Part shown: positions 6,142 through 14,541 of the stretch, in pieces
Numbering within the stretch: the first letter of the stretch is position 1
Layout of the letters: the number at the start of each line of letters is the position of its first letter
Assembly: GCA_044356295.1 (NCBI GenBank)
Contig: JBIKWN010000055.1
Location: 1 to 16,870 of the forward strand
Direction: 5' to 3'
Length of the DNA: 16,870 bases
DNA from: Bdellovibrionota bacterium
Lineage (GTDB): Bacteria; Bdellovibrionota_C; UBA2361; JBIKWN01
Notes under the pieces: generated by a model
The model's input: only the letters and a program-made list of their open reading frames with translations
What the model was told of the DNA's origin: nothing
The model's database searches: none
Program-made: the position numbers and the translations under genes

Positions 6142-8421
6142 ATGAATATCTCTACTGCAGGCGGATTACCACAATCAGAACACCCTTGCTTAGTAACAAG
6201 TTCATACTCGAATCCTAATTTTAAATTTCTTCAACGATATGTTACCGATTATCTTAATGGTTACTTCTTGCAAGGACTTGAAGATTATCGATTTGAGGAA
6301 CCACAAAGAATCATTAATTCATTTTCTGCTCAGTTCTGCCTTAAGGCAGCAGAAGAAATTGGTCATGAACCAGTAAGCTCACAGGAACTCAGAGTTGTTG
6401 CAAAAAAACTAGCTATTGATGTACTAAAACTTCAGTCGATGTTTCTTGTTGGTGCTACTGATGCAGCATTAGCAGTTTTTGGCACTGCTAGAGATCCACT
6501 TTGGGAGCAGTTTCCACCACTAAAGACTTTTACAGAAATTCTTGGAAAAGAAATTGCGTCTCGTATGTCTATTTCTTGCGGTGGTTTTGATACGGGTTCT
6601 TTAAAAGATCTATTATCCGCTTTTCTAAATGAACCTGATAGAAAAAGTCTCTATGCCATAATTTTAAATTTCAAAACTGATCTGTATCAACAGCACTCAC
6701 CAGAGCCACCTGTTGTTGCTGGTACAGAAGATTGGGAATTTCCGTTCGATTCAATCTATGACAGAACACCAACAATTATCTGTGCAGCTAACTTAATAGG
6801 AGAGCTGTTTAACCCTGGTACATGGGGTACCTTACAAGAATGGGGTGATTCATCACTTGGTAAAGTTAACAGTTCGATTAACCAAACTGTTTTTAGTCCA
6901 CGTTTTCAGGTTCCTCATCCAATTTTTTTACTTGATCCAAAAGTTGGTTCGACAACTTTTTACGAAGGAACCATCAAACAGTCAGCATTGTTTGGACATA
7001 TACAACCTGAACGTTCTGCAATGCTCATCGATAATTTGCTAATCATCCGAGAAGATAGTGTTTATAGAATTAAAAAAACAACAACTCCAGATGAATTATG
7101 TTTAGAAAAAATTTGTGATTTCGGATTTGAAAACGACCCACAAGCACTGACGCAGTATATGATTACGCTGATGGAACAAACCAAAGAGAAGCTAAAATCT
7201 GCTGGGGTTCTTTGGGATTTTTCAAAAGTTTCTGATCAGCTCAATCGATACAAGGAAAAGATTAAGGAATTAGAAAAACAGTTACCTGAGTTTCCCATCC
7301 TTAGAACCTCGGTAGATATAATTGAAAAATCTGAGATTCTTAATTTGATGAATGTGCATGAGCGTTTTCAACAAGATGGTTGGTCTATCGATCCCGTTGT
7401 ATATGCTTCCGAAGCTGCAAAAGGCTCGTCTTACCCTGGAAAACCTACTTCATTTGGAGCTGTATTTAAAGTTCAAACATATATAGATGGTAAAAAAGGT
7501 TCAATTATTTACCCAGTTGGTGCCAATATCGCTGAAAGTGGAAGGGATACAAATTGTGCCGAGCGAGTAGCTTACGGCAATTTACTTAGTTATTTGGATT
7601 GTATACTACCAGAAGGTACAACTTTCAAAATTGAAGGTGTACATATTCATCTAGATCAAAAAGCTGATTTTCGTTTTTCATGCTCTTGCCAAAATTGCCG
7701 TCAACTATTTCAAGATTTAGTTCAAAATGGGCAGATGGATCTTGATTCCACAATATCGTATCAAGCGGGCAATGGAACTGACATTTTATTTACTTCGATT
7801 GATAAGTTAAGACCATTAATTGATCCAACTCTTGATATAATCAATCAATCAGATAGGTTTATTCCTTCTTCGTTTGAATTTTTAGCAGCTGAAGATACAT
7901 GGACAGATACCGAAAAAGAATTAATCACACAAAGTATCAAAAGAGCAGTAAAATCAAACAATAATACAGGGATAGCTTCAGTGCTCCTTGATGGGACAAT
8001 TCTTTCTCGCTCCTTGAGTGATAATCAGTTTGGATTTGAATTGTTAAGACAAGAGTCAAAGGCGAAAGGTAATAATATTCATCTTGGATTTGTGTATGCA
8101 GTCAATCAAGAAAAGAATTCAGATGCTCTTCCAACATTTCCAGCAGATCAGCTTGATATCTTGCTAACGGCTTCTCAGATATCTGGATTTGATTCCTATG
8201 TATACGTTGTTCAGTCTGAACGTGGAGAGTATCAGGCGGGGTATCGAGTCAAAATCTCGGAACTATTTCCATTAGGGAAAGGTATGGGTGATTCCAAAGC
8301 AGGAGATGATCACTACCACCGCATGTCTTTGGATAGAATTTGGAACGGTGAGCAGTTCGATGGAAGTATTAGTGAGGAAACAGCCAATATGCTCTTTAGT
8401 GAGGCTCGGAAATTAAACTAA
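6142..8421 (+). CDS. Fusion of LOG-family (nucleotide phosphoribohydrolase-like) domain, cytidine-deaminase-like domain and a probable degenerate second deaminase-like domain
   Basis: LOG motifs AVFGTAR, ISCGG, FDSIYDR and NPGTWGTLQEW (PGGxGTxxE). Deaminase motifs SSYP..FGAV, GANI, NCAERVA and SCQNCRQ. C-terminal region ends ISELFPLG (ELLP-like) but has no Zn ligands. ATG 6142 preferred over TTG 6124. Confidence 0.75.
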   Translation: MNISTAGGLPQSEHPCLVTSSYSNPNFKFLQRYVTDYLNGYFLQGLEDYRFEEPQRIINSFSAQFCLKAAEEIGHEPVSSQELRVVAKKLAIDVLKLQSMFLVGATDAALAVFGTARDPLWEQFPPLKTFTEILGKEIASRMSISCGGFDTGSLKDLLSAFLNEPDRKSLYAIILNFKTDLYQQHSPEPPVVAGTEDWEFPFDSIYDRTPTIICAANLIGELFNPGTWGTLQEWGDSSLGKVNSSINQTVFSPRFQVPHPIFLLDPKVGSTTFYEGTIKQSALFGHIQPERSAMLIDNLLIIREDSVYRIKKTTTPDELCLEKICDFGFENDPQALTQYMITLMEQTKEKLKSAGVLWDFSKVSDQLNRYKEKIKELEKQLPEFPILRTSVDIIEKSEILNLMNVHERFQQDGWSIDPVVYASEAAKGSSYPGKPTSFGAVFKVQTYIDGKKGSIIYPVGANIAESGRDTNCAERVAYGNLLSYLDCILPEGTTFKIEGVHIHLDQKADFRFSCSCQNCRQLFQDLVQNGQMDLDSTISYQAGNGTDILFTSIDKLRPLIDPTLDIINQSDRFIPSSFEFLAAEDTWTDTEKELITQSIKRAVKSNNNTGIASVLLDGTILSRSLSDNQFGFELLRQESKAKGNNIHLGFVYAVNQEKNSDALPTFPADQLDILLTASQISGFDSYVYVVQSERGEYQAGYRVKISELFPLGKGMGDSKAGDDHYHRMSLDRIWNGEQFDGSISEETANMLFSEARKLN

Positions 8422-10529
8422 TCAGTAATCCAATCAGCAAGTGCGTGTAACTGCACTGTTGTTAGATGGAGCGCCATTCCCGCACGGCATCCAAATGCAT
8501 AAGAATGATAGTCGTGCCCATTCTTGGGGATGGATCGATTCGGATCAATAACATCAGAAACTATATAGATTGGGCTAAACGTTGCCGGCTCATGAATTGC
8601 ATGTAGATTATGTTCTTGAATTGCAGATGCTATTGGCAATCCTTCAACATCAATCATTCCTAAATGAACATTGGTATCTGCTAGCAGAGACTTAAATCCG
8701 ATATCTGTTTCGATTGCAGGACACGGCGCCCAGCCATGATCAGCATATTGAATAATTGCTTTATTAGTTGGCGGTTTTAGAGGAACTCGTATTTGTGAGC
8801 CAAGATTATAAGCAACAAATTTTCCAGTTGGAGTTACAAGATCTCCTTCCCCAATTTCAAATCTAGGAGTTTTGATGGCACCTGCCGTAGCGAGAAACTT
8901 TATTGTCTTACAAAGAGGAATTGGTGATTTTTTATTTGCTAGTTTTAAAAACTCTTCCACAAAAATACCGGCAGTATCACCGTACAGCCCAGCACCACCA
9001 ACGGATGGAATAAGAAGTTGATATACTTGCTTATCTTGTGGATTTTCTATCCATGCGGCAAAAGTTTTCCCTAACGTTGGAAGCGTTGTCATAGTTTTAT
9101 CGAGAATTAATCCCCGATTTTGAAGCCCACTAAGAATTGTCTCGGCACTTGTTGCAGGCAGAGCAATGACTTTTTTAATTGAAGTAATTGAGGCTGGTCT
9201 CGATAAGGTTGCTGCTTCGAGAGCTTTTTTTATCTCACTTCCTATTATTGAGTTAATAGGAGTCGTTCTGTAGTAGCTGTGTATGGCACTGATAGGAATT
9301 CGAGTATTTTTTTTGATGGTTTGTCCGTTGATGTCTTTCTTAGGACCATACAACAGAAGCGCTGTAGAATTTGAAAGAACTCGGTATTCGCCAGCTTGAG
9401 CTATACAAAAAATCAGACGCTTTTCGCCGGATGAGTCAGTAAATTTATACAGGGTCTTAGAAAAATCGCCGTATTGGCCACAAGTATCAATAGCAAGTAT
9501 CTCAGTGGCATTGCTTAAATATTTCTGAATTACTAGTGCTTCAGCTTCATGTTTCGTCCCATCTACGATAACAATTGGAATATGACCAAAAGCAGCTCTT
9601 TTTAAGATACTTTCTGCAAACCGAAATCTCGTATAGTCACGACCACCAACAAGAGAAGAAGCACCATGTGTAATTTCCTGGTCAAGTTGCTCGAGTATGG
9701 TGAGGTGTCGATCATCTTTTTCTAAGTGATCAATAGTATGCAAAGCGCAAACATTTGAAGAGAGAATACGAAAATCGATTAACCGAGATGCGTTTGGTAG
9801 GAAGCTACGAACAGTTGGAAGGTAATCTGGCTCGATTACCTTCGAGTCCATATATCGATTGAGCGAAGTAAAAAACTCTTCTTCCTCATTTTTGCTTTTT
9901 GGAGTGTAGTCAAGTGGAAGGTTTGATTCTGTAAGGAATCGATTAATAAGTTCAGGAAAAGTTTTATTAAAACGAATCTGAATAGTAATTCCATCTTGAG
10001 TATTACGAAAATGGAAAGCTTCAATGAGAAAAATAATTCTTGCTAGCTTGAAAAAACGCTTTTGATCACTGTTTGTTGTTGGTTCGTCTTGATAATGAGC
10101 AAGCGAATCTGGAATCAATCGTTCAATTATTCTTCTATTCTCATCTGAAAGAACAAATGGTGCATGTTCTGATAAAAGGCGTGAAAAAGCACTGATTGGA
10201 TTAGTTTTATCCTTTGCCTCGAGGGCGAGTTGTTCAATTTTTTTTGGCTCAAGACAGTATAGTCCTGCTTGGCAGACTCCAATAAAGTAATCTAATTGGC
10301 GGCTATATCCCCACTTCTCATTTTTTGTAATTTCAAAATTGTTAAGATTAGTTCCGATTGCGAGTGAACCAAAAGATTTTATTGAATCGTCTGGATAATA
10401 GTCATCTTTTTCAGGATTTAAAATTGAAAGTGCTTTTGAAATAAGAGGAGTTAATTCACGAGCCATACCATCGAGTAAGGTCTGGGCTCTAACCTTTCGT
10501 ATGACTTGATTGATAGAATCAGCTTTCAA
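8418..10529 (-). CDS. Large protein with uncharacterised N-terminus and C-terminal purine/uridine nucleoside phosphorylase-like domain
   Basis: 703-aa ORF (TTG start uncertain). C-terminal motifs GLYGD, IKFLATAGAI, IGEGDLVTP, PAIET, MIDVEGLPIA and IYIVSDV follow the PNP/UDP/MTAN order (GxAGxl, GDlv, vdmE, vSD). Confidence 0.6.
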   Translation of the reverse strand: MKADSINQVIRKVRAQTLLDGMARELTPLISKALSILNPEKDDYYPDDSIKSFGSLAIGTNLNNFEITKNEKWGYSRQLDYFIGVCQAGLYCLEPKKIEQLALEAKDKTNPISAFSRLLSEHAPFVLSDENRRIIERLIPDSLAHYQDEPTTNSDQKRFFKLARIIFLIEAFHFRNTQDGITIQIRFNKTFPELINRFLTESNLPLDYTPKSKNEEEEFFTSLNRYMDSKVIEPDYLPTVRSFLPNASRLIDFRILSSNVCALHTIDHLEKDDRHLTILEQLDQEITHGASSLVGGRDYTRFRFAESILKRAAFGHIPIVIVDGTKHEAEALVIQKYLSNATEILAIDTCGQYGDFSKTLYKFTDSSGEKRLIFCIAQAGEYRVLSNSTALLLYGPKKDINGQTIKKNTRIPISAIHSYYRTTPINSIIGSEIKKALEAATLSRPASITSIKKVIALPATSAETILSGLQNRGLILDKTMTTLPTLGKTFAAWIENPQDKQVYQLLIPSVGGAGLYGDTAGIFVEEFLKLANKKSPIPLCKTIKFLATAGAIKTPRFEIGEGDLVTPTGKFVAYNLGSQIRVPLKPPTNKAIIQYADHGWAPCPAIETDIGFKSLLADTNVHLGMIDVEGLPIASAIQEHNLHAIHEPATFSPIYIVSDVIDPNRSIPKNGHDYHSYAFGCRAGMALHLTTVQLHALADWITD

Positions 10530-10597
10530 TGTGTATTACTTCTTTGCTCGTAAAAAAAATTGTTGATGCTAAGTATGATAGTATCTGATGAAAAATA

Positions 10598-11215
10598 CTA
10601 TTTCGCATCAATATTTGTAGCCCATAGAAACGTCGTCGTATTGTCACTACTATCTTCGATATGTGAAGCAAGAGTTTTTAAGTTAAAATTCTTAGCCAAC
10701 GCATTACTTCCAATGACTGCAGTCGTGGATGGTATTTCTTCATTCATTATACCCTGAGCTACTCTTGAAGGGTCGATAAATTCACCTTCTCCTACTATTA
10801 GTGTAAGACCAGAGAAGGACTTTTTAAGAGTCTTTTGACATTGGAAAAAGGCTTGCGGATGAGCCATAACATCTTGAATTTCTTCAAGATTCTTGTCTTT
10901 TCTCGAGAGTAGATTATGTTGAATTTTCAGAAGGTAGGTATCGACCACAAAAAATTCGTATCTTCCAAGACAATCAATCGTTTCTTGAACCAGTCCACCG
11001 AGCGAATTATGAATTGCAAAATGAGCAAAGCTAACTTTTTTTGCTTTCAGAGCTTCAAAGACATTTTTTGTAGTATAAAAATATTTAATTTCAAAATTTG
11101 TAAAACTTACTTCATTAAGCTTTGCTAAAACTGCTTCTTCATTAAAGCTTCCGGGTCCTCCCTGAATACCTATTGTGACAATAGAATCTTTAGGTAAATA
11201 AGATTCTAACTTCAT
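10598..11215 (-). CDS. Stand-alone prephenate dehydratase catalytic domain (no ACT domain)
   Basis: IQGGPGSFNEEA, AIHNSLGGLV, AHPQAFFQC, AVIGS and IEDSSDNTTTFL. The protein ends right after the N-x-T-x-F motif. ATGA overlap with the upstream pheA. Confidence 0.85.
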   Translation of the reverse strand: MKLESYLPKDSIVTIGIQGGPGSFNEEAVLAKLNEVSFTNFEIKYFYTTKNVFEALKAKKVSFAHFAIHNSLGGLVQETIDCLGRYEFFVVDTYLLKIQHNLLSRKDKNLEEIQDVMAHPQAFFQCQKTLKKSFSGLTLIVGEGEFIDPSRVAQGIMNEEIPSTTAVIGSNALAKNFNLKTLASHIEDSSDNTTTFLWATNIDAK

Positions 11216-12264
11216 AAGGAACTGTAACTACCCAAGATTTTGTAGGGGATGCTTCTTTGAGAAAGTTGGCTTAGTACTGATTTAGTATTTGAATCATTTT
11301 TATCTCCTTCAAACTCAAGAAGAAACGGAATGGTCGATCCGCCACGAGATGATAATGATTCAATCTTTAAAAGATTAATTTTATGTTCAGAAAAAAGATC
11401 TAACACGGCAGAGAGAGTTCCTGATGAATGATTCGTAGAGAAATAGAGCATTGTTTTGCTACCCTGTTTGGCAGCAGTTTTACTGACTTGTAAAAACCTT
11501 GCTGGTTCAAATAATTTATCGTCGGTTAAATCCTTGATAACGTGAAGATTATATACTTCTGCACATAAGATAGGTGCTATCACTCCGGTGGCGAGAGGTC
11601 TGTCCTGTCGTAACATGAGTGCAGCAGCAGCCGATTCATGGAAAGGATGAGCTTCAAGTTTCATCCGCTCCAAGAACGCAGACGAACGACTTAAAACTTC
11701 TGGATGCCCATAGACAATTTTAATTTCACGGTAGTTAGATTCAGGAAGAGTCATCAATGCGTAAGAGGGATTGATAGTAACATCAGCTACAACAAAAAGA
11801 TCTGAATCAAGAAGTAGAGAAAGTGATTTTTCAAGTCTTGAATCGCTTACGCGTTCAAATGGAACCATAGCACAATCGATAGTATTATTTTGAAGATGAT
11901 TGAATAGTTCCTCGTGAGATTCGTATGGGACGGGAATGATTGGTTGCTGAATTTTTCCAATCGCAGTTTCAATCAGACTTCCATGTACGCCAAAGAATCC
12001 GATAAGGTGCTGTGTGACTTCTTGTAGGCTCTTGCTTTCAGCTACAATAAGTTTCGAGAGCTTCTCTGAAAAGTCAGATGAAACAAGCCAGCGTGCATTT
12101 TTACGGGCATTTTCAAGGATTACTTGTTCTCTATTTGTATCAACAAGAGCTTCCTTAAGCCGGCGAGTACGAACTGCATATTCAAATCGTTTTCCAATAA
12201 GACGTAAAATTTCACTATCAATTGAATCTATTTCAGTTCTGATAATTTCAAGGTCTTTTGACAT
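11212..12264 (-). CDS. pheA: Chorismate mutase / prephenate dehydratase-like / ACT protein (P-protein); dehydratase domain degenerate
   Basis: AroQ-type mutase: IRTEIDSIDSEILRLIGKRF..D.NREQVI. PDT scaffold with divergent motifs (PFERVSDS, GHPEVLSRS, EPARF). ACT domain GTLSAVLDLF..KINLLKIES..KILGSY. AAGGA ribosome-binding site. Confidence 0.8.
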   Translation of the reverse strand: MSKDLEIIRTEIDSIDSEILRLIGKRFEYAVRTRRLKEALVDTNREQVILENARKNARWLVSSDFSEKLSKLIVAESKSLQEVTQHLIGFFGVHGSLIETAIGKIQQPIIPVPYESHEELFNHLQNNTIDCAMVPFERVSDSRLEKSLSLLLDSDLFVVADVTINPSYALMTLPESNYREIKIVYGHPEVLSRSSAFLERMKLEAHPFHESAAAALMLRQDRPLATGVIAPILCAEVYNLHVIKDLTDDKLFEPARFLQVSKTAAKQGSKTMLYFSTNHSSGTLSAVLDLFSEHKINLLKIESLSSRGGSTIPFLLEFEGDKNDSNTKSVLSQLSQRSIPYKILGSYSSL

Positions 12265-12270
12265 GAAATA

Positions 12271-13275
12271 TTATCCTTTTAGTTGTTGTTGAAAATAATG
12301 TTGTGAGTTTCGAATCAGTATAAAATCAGCAAGTGCAATAGCCGTAATAGCTTCAGCTACTGGTGGTACTCGAAGCGCAATACAAGCATCGTGACGTCCG
12401 GATACAGAAAGAGTTGTAAGCTCACCGGTAGATACATTGATAGTCTGTTTTTCTTTTTTGATGCTCGATGTCGGCTTTACTGCAAGGCGAAACGTTAATG
12501 TATTTCCGTTACTAATTCCGCCACTAATCCCTCCAGCATTATTAGTTTTAGTAGCTCCTGCACTATCTTGATACTCATCGTTATGGTTGCTTCCAAATAA
12601 TTTTGAAGAATTAAACCCTGAGCCAAATTCAATACCCTTTATAGCCGGAATTGCAAAAGCAAGATGCGATATCGTGCTTTCGATGCTATCAAAGAATGGT
12701 TCGCCCAATCCGATTGGTAGTCCTGAAGCCGTTACAGAGATGAGTCCTCCTACAGAATCGCCATCATCAAGAGCTTTCTTAATAGTGCCTTCTATATCAG
12801 TACTTCCACCAACTTCGGTGAGTTTTGCATTAATAGATATTGAAGGAATGATTTTTTTTGCTACGACACCAGCTGCAACTAAAGCAGCTGTAAGTCTTCC
12901 AGAGAAGTGCCCACCACCACGATAATCTTGAAAGCCAAAGAATTTATGTTGTGAAACAAAATCTGCATGCCCGGGTCTTGGGGTATCTTTCATCTTTTCA
13001 TATGAAGAGGAATCCGTATCGCCATTTTTAAATAGAATGGTAAGAGGAGCACCAGTAGTTTTATTGTTAAAAACACCGGTAAATATTTCAGGTATATCGA
13101 GCTCTTTTCTTGGAGTTGTTCCAATCGCTCCGGAGCGCCTACGAGCAAGATCGTTTTCAAAATCATTCGCTGAAAGCGTTATTCCGGCAGGGCATCCATC
13201 AATGGTAACTCCAAGCCCCGCGCCATGTGATTCACCAAAAATAGAAATAATAAAAAGTCTGCCAAAGGTATTCAT
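12271..13275 (-). CDS. aroC: Chorismate synthase
   Basis: MNTFG..FGESHG, RPGHAD, DYRGGGHFSGRLTA, DSVGG, IPAIKGIEFG, NNAGGISGGISNG, KPTSSI and GRHDACI. Confidence 0.97.
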   Translation of the reverse strand: MNTFGRLFIISIFGESHGAGLGVTIDGCPAGITLSANDFENDLARRRSGAIGTTPRKELDIPEIFTGVFNNKTTGAPLTILFKNGDTDSSSYEKMKDTPRPGHADFVSQHKFFGFQDYRGGGHFSGRLTAALVAAGVVAKKIIPSISINAKLTEVGGSTDIEGTIKKALDDGDSVGGLISVTASGLPIGLGEPFFDSIESTISHLAFAIPAIKGIEFGSGFNSSKLFGSNHNDEYQDSAGATKTNNAGGISGGISNGNTLTFRLAVKPTSSIKKEKQTINVSTGELTTLSVSGRHDACIALRVPPVAEAITAIALADFILIRNSQHYFQQQLKG

Positions 13276-14541
13276 TTATTCACTAATTTTACTGTTTTTT
13301 TCTAATACCTCAAAGAAATCTGGATAGCTTTTTTTAACCACATCAGAGTCGTTAATAGCGACAAGTTTTAATGCTCTCAGTGCAGTAATTGCTGTTGCCA
13401 TGACAATACGGTGGTCGTTATAGGAATCCATGGGCACGTCAGGTTGTGATAATGTACCCCCAGTAATCTTGAGAGAATCATCTTGATGTGTGATTGAAAT
13501 TCCAAACTTTCTAAATTCTTTTATCAGAGCTTCGGCTCTATTTGACTCCTTATGAATGAGTCTAGATGTCCCACGAATAATACTGACTCCATCACATGCA
13601 GTCGCAAGAGAAACGAGCGGCGGAAATAAATCTGGACAATCAGTCGCATCGAACTCAAAAGGCATTAATGGTGATTGTGGTTTCTCGAGGCGGAGAGTGT
13701 TTTTATTGATCCACTCAATTTTTCCTCCTGTTGATTCAATAACATCAAGAATAGCTTTATCTGCTTGTAGTGAGTCTTTGCTTATTTGCGAAAGAACAAT
13801 ACTTCCAGTTGTAACTGCTGCAACCAATAGGAAACTTGCCGATGACCAGTCACCTTCAACTGTTAGGATTTGACCGGTTGGTTGTTGGTTCCCAGGAATA
13901 TCGAATTCGGAAAAGTCTTTGTTGTATTCAATATTGACTAAAAAGTTTTTTAAAGCCTTTAGGGTCATTTCGATATAGGGGCGACTTTTAAGGTTTTTAA
14001 TGATTAGTTTGGTATTTTCAGTTCTTCTTGGCAGAGCGATTAATAGCCCAGAGATTAGCTGTGAAGTAATCGAACCATCAATCGTAATAATATTTTCTTT
14101 AAAAGGTCCAGTAATGGTCAGAGGGGCAAACCCTCCATTTGAAGAAACAGATAATCCAGCACGAGAAAGTGTATCAACGACCATTTGCATAGTTCTTGAT
14201 AATAACGATCCAGTACCTGTAAGGGTGATTGGTTTTTCATAGAGTCCAGCTATCGCTGAAAAAATCCTAAAAGAAGTTCCGGATTCAGCACATTTTAAAA
14301 CACATGGAAAAACAGGATCATCTGGGATTATCTCGATGTTTCCATCCTTTCTTGTACGAGCCATTGCTCCAAGGCCTCTCGCAACTTCAAGAGATGCAAG
14401 TCCATCGTCACAGAGCGAAGGATTTTTTATAGTTGTAGCACTCGAGGCAATAGCAGCGAGAGCAACATAACGTTGCATCATACTTTTTGAGGCAGGAGCA
14501 GAAACCTGACCAATAAAGTTAGCGGGTTGAACTAATTTCAT
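13276..14541 (-). CDS. aroA: 3-phosphoshikimate 1-carboxyvinyltransferase (EPSP synthase)
   Basis: PASKSMMQR, ESGTSFR, TSQLISGLL, SRPYIEMT, EGDWSSA, DCPDLFP, HKESNR, NDHRIVM and KSYPDF. Start set to ATG 14541 (MKLVQP), which overlaps the upstream gene by 23 nt. Confidence 0.96.
   Translation of the reverse strand: MKLVQPANFIGQVSAPASKSMMQRYVALAAIASSATTIKNPSLCDDGLASLEVARGLGAMARTRKDGNIEIIPDDPVFPCVLKCAESGTSFRIFSAIAGLYEKPITLTGTGSLLSRTMQMVVDTLSRAGLSVSSNGGFAPLTITGPFKENIITIDGSITSQLISGLLIALPRRTENTKLIIKNLKSRPYIEMTLKALKNFLVNIEYNKDFSEFDIPGNQQPTGQILTVEGDWSSASFLLVAAVTTGSIVLSQISKDSLQADKAILDVIESTGGKIEWINKNTLRLEKPQSPLMPFEFDATDCPDLFPPLVSLATACDGVSIIRGTSRLIHKESNRAEALIKEFRKFGISITHQDDSLKITGGTLSQPDVPMDSYNDHRIVMATAITALRALKLVAINDSDVVKKSYPDFFEVLEKNSKISE

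Noticed and set aside
2335..10024. Short ORFs 2335-2538, 2994-3224, 5473-5826, 6845-7042 and 9836-10024
   Set aside because: All are nested in longer motif-bearing genes, antisense or out of frame, with no independent support.
10552..10585. Possible intrinsic terminator after the stand-alone dehydratase (GATACTA..TAGCATC then a T-run on the minus strand)
   Set aside because: The stem is AT-rich with a mismatch and is separated from the T-run by 5 nt, too weak to call.
12880..12925. AroC motif GGGHFSGRLT instead of GGGRSSARET
   Set aside because: This is a known natural variant of chorismate synthases, not a sign of altered function.
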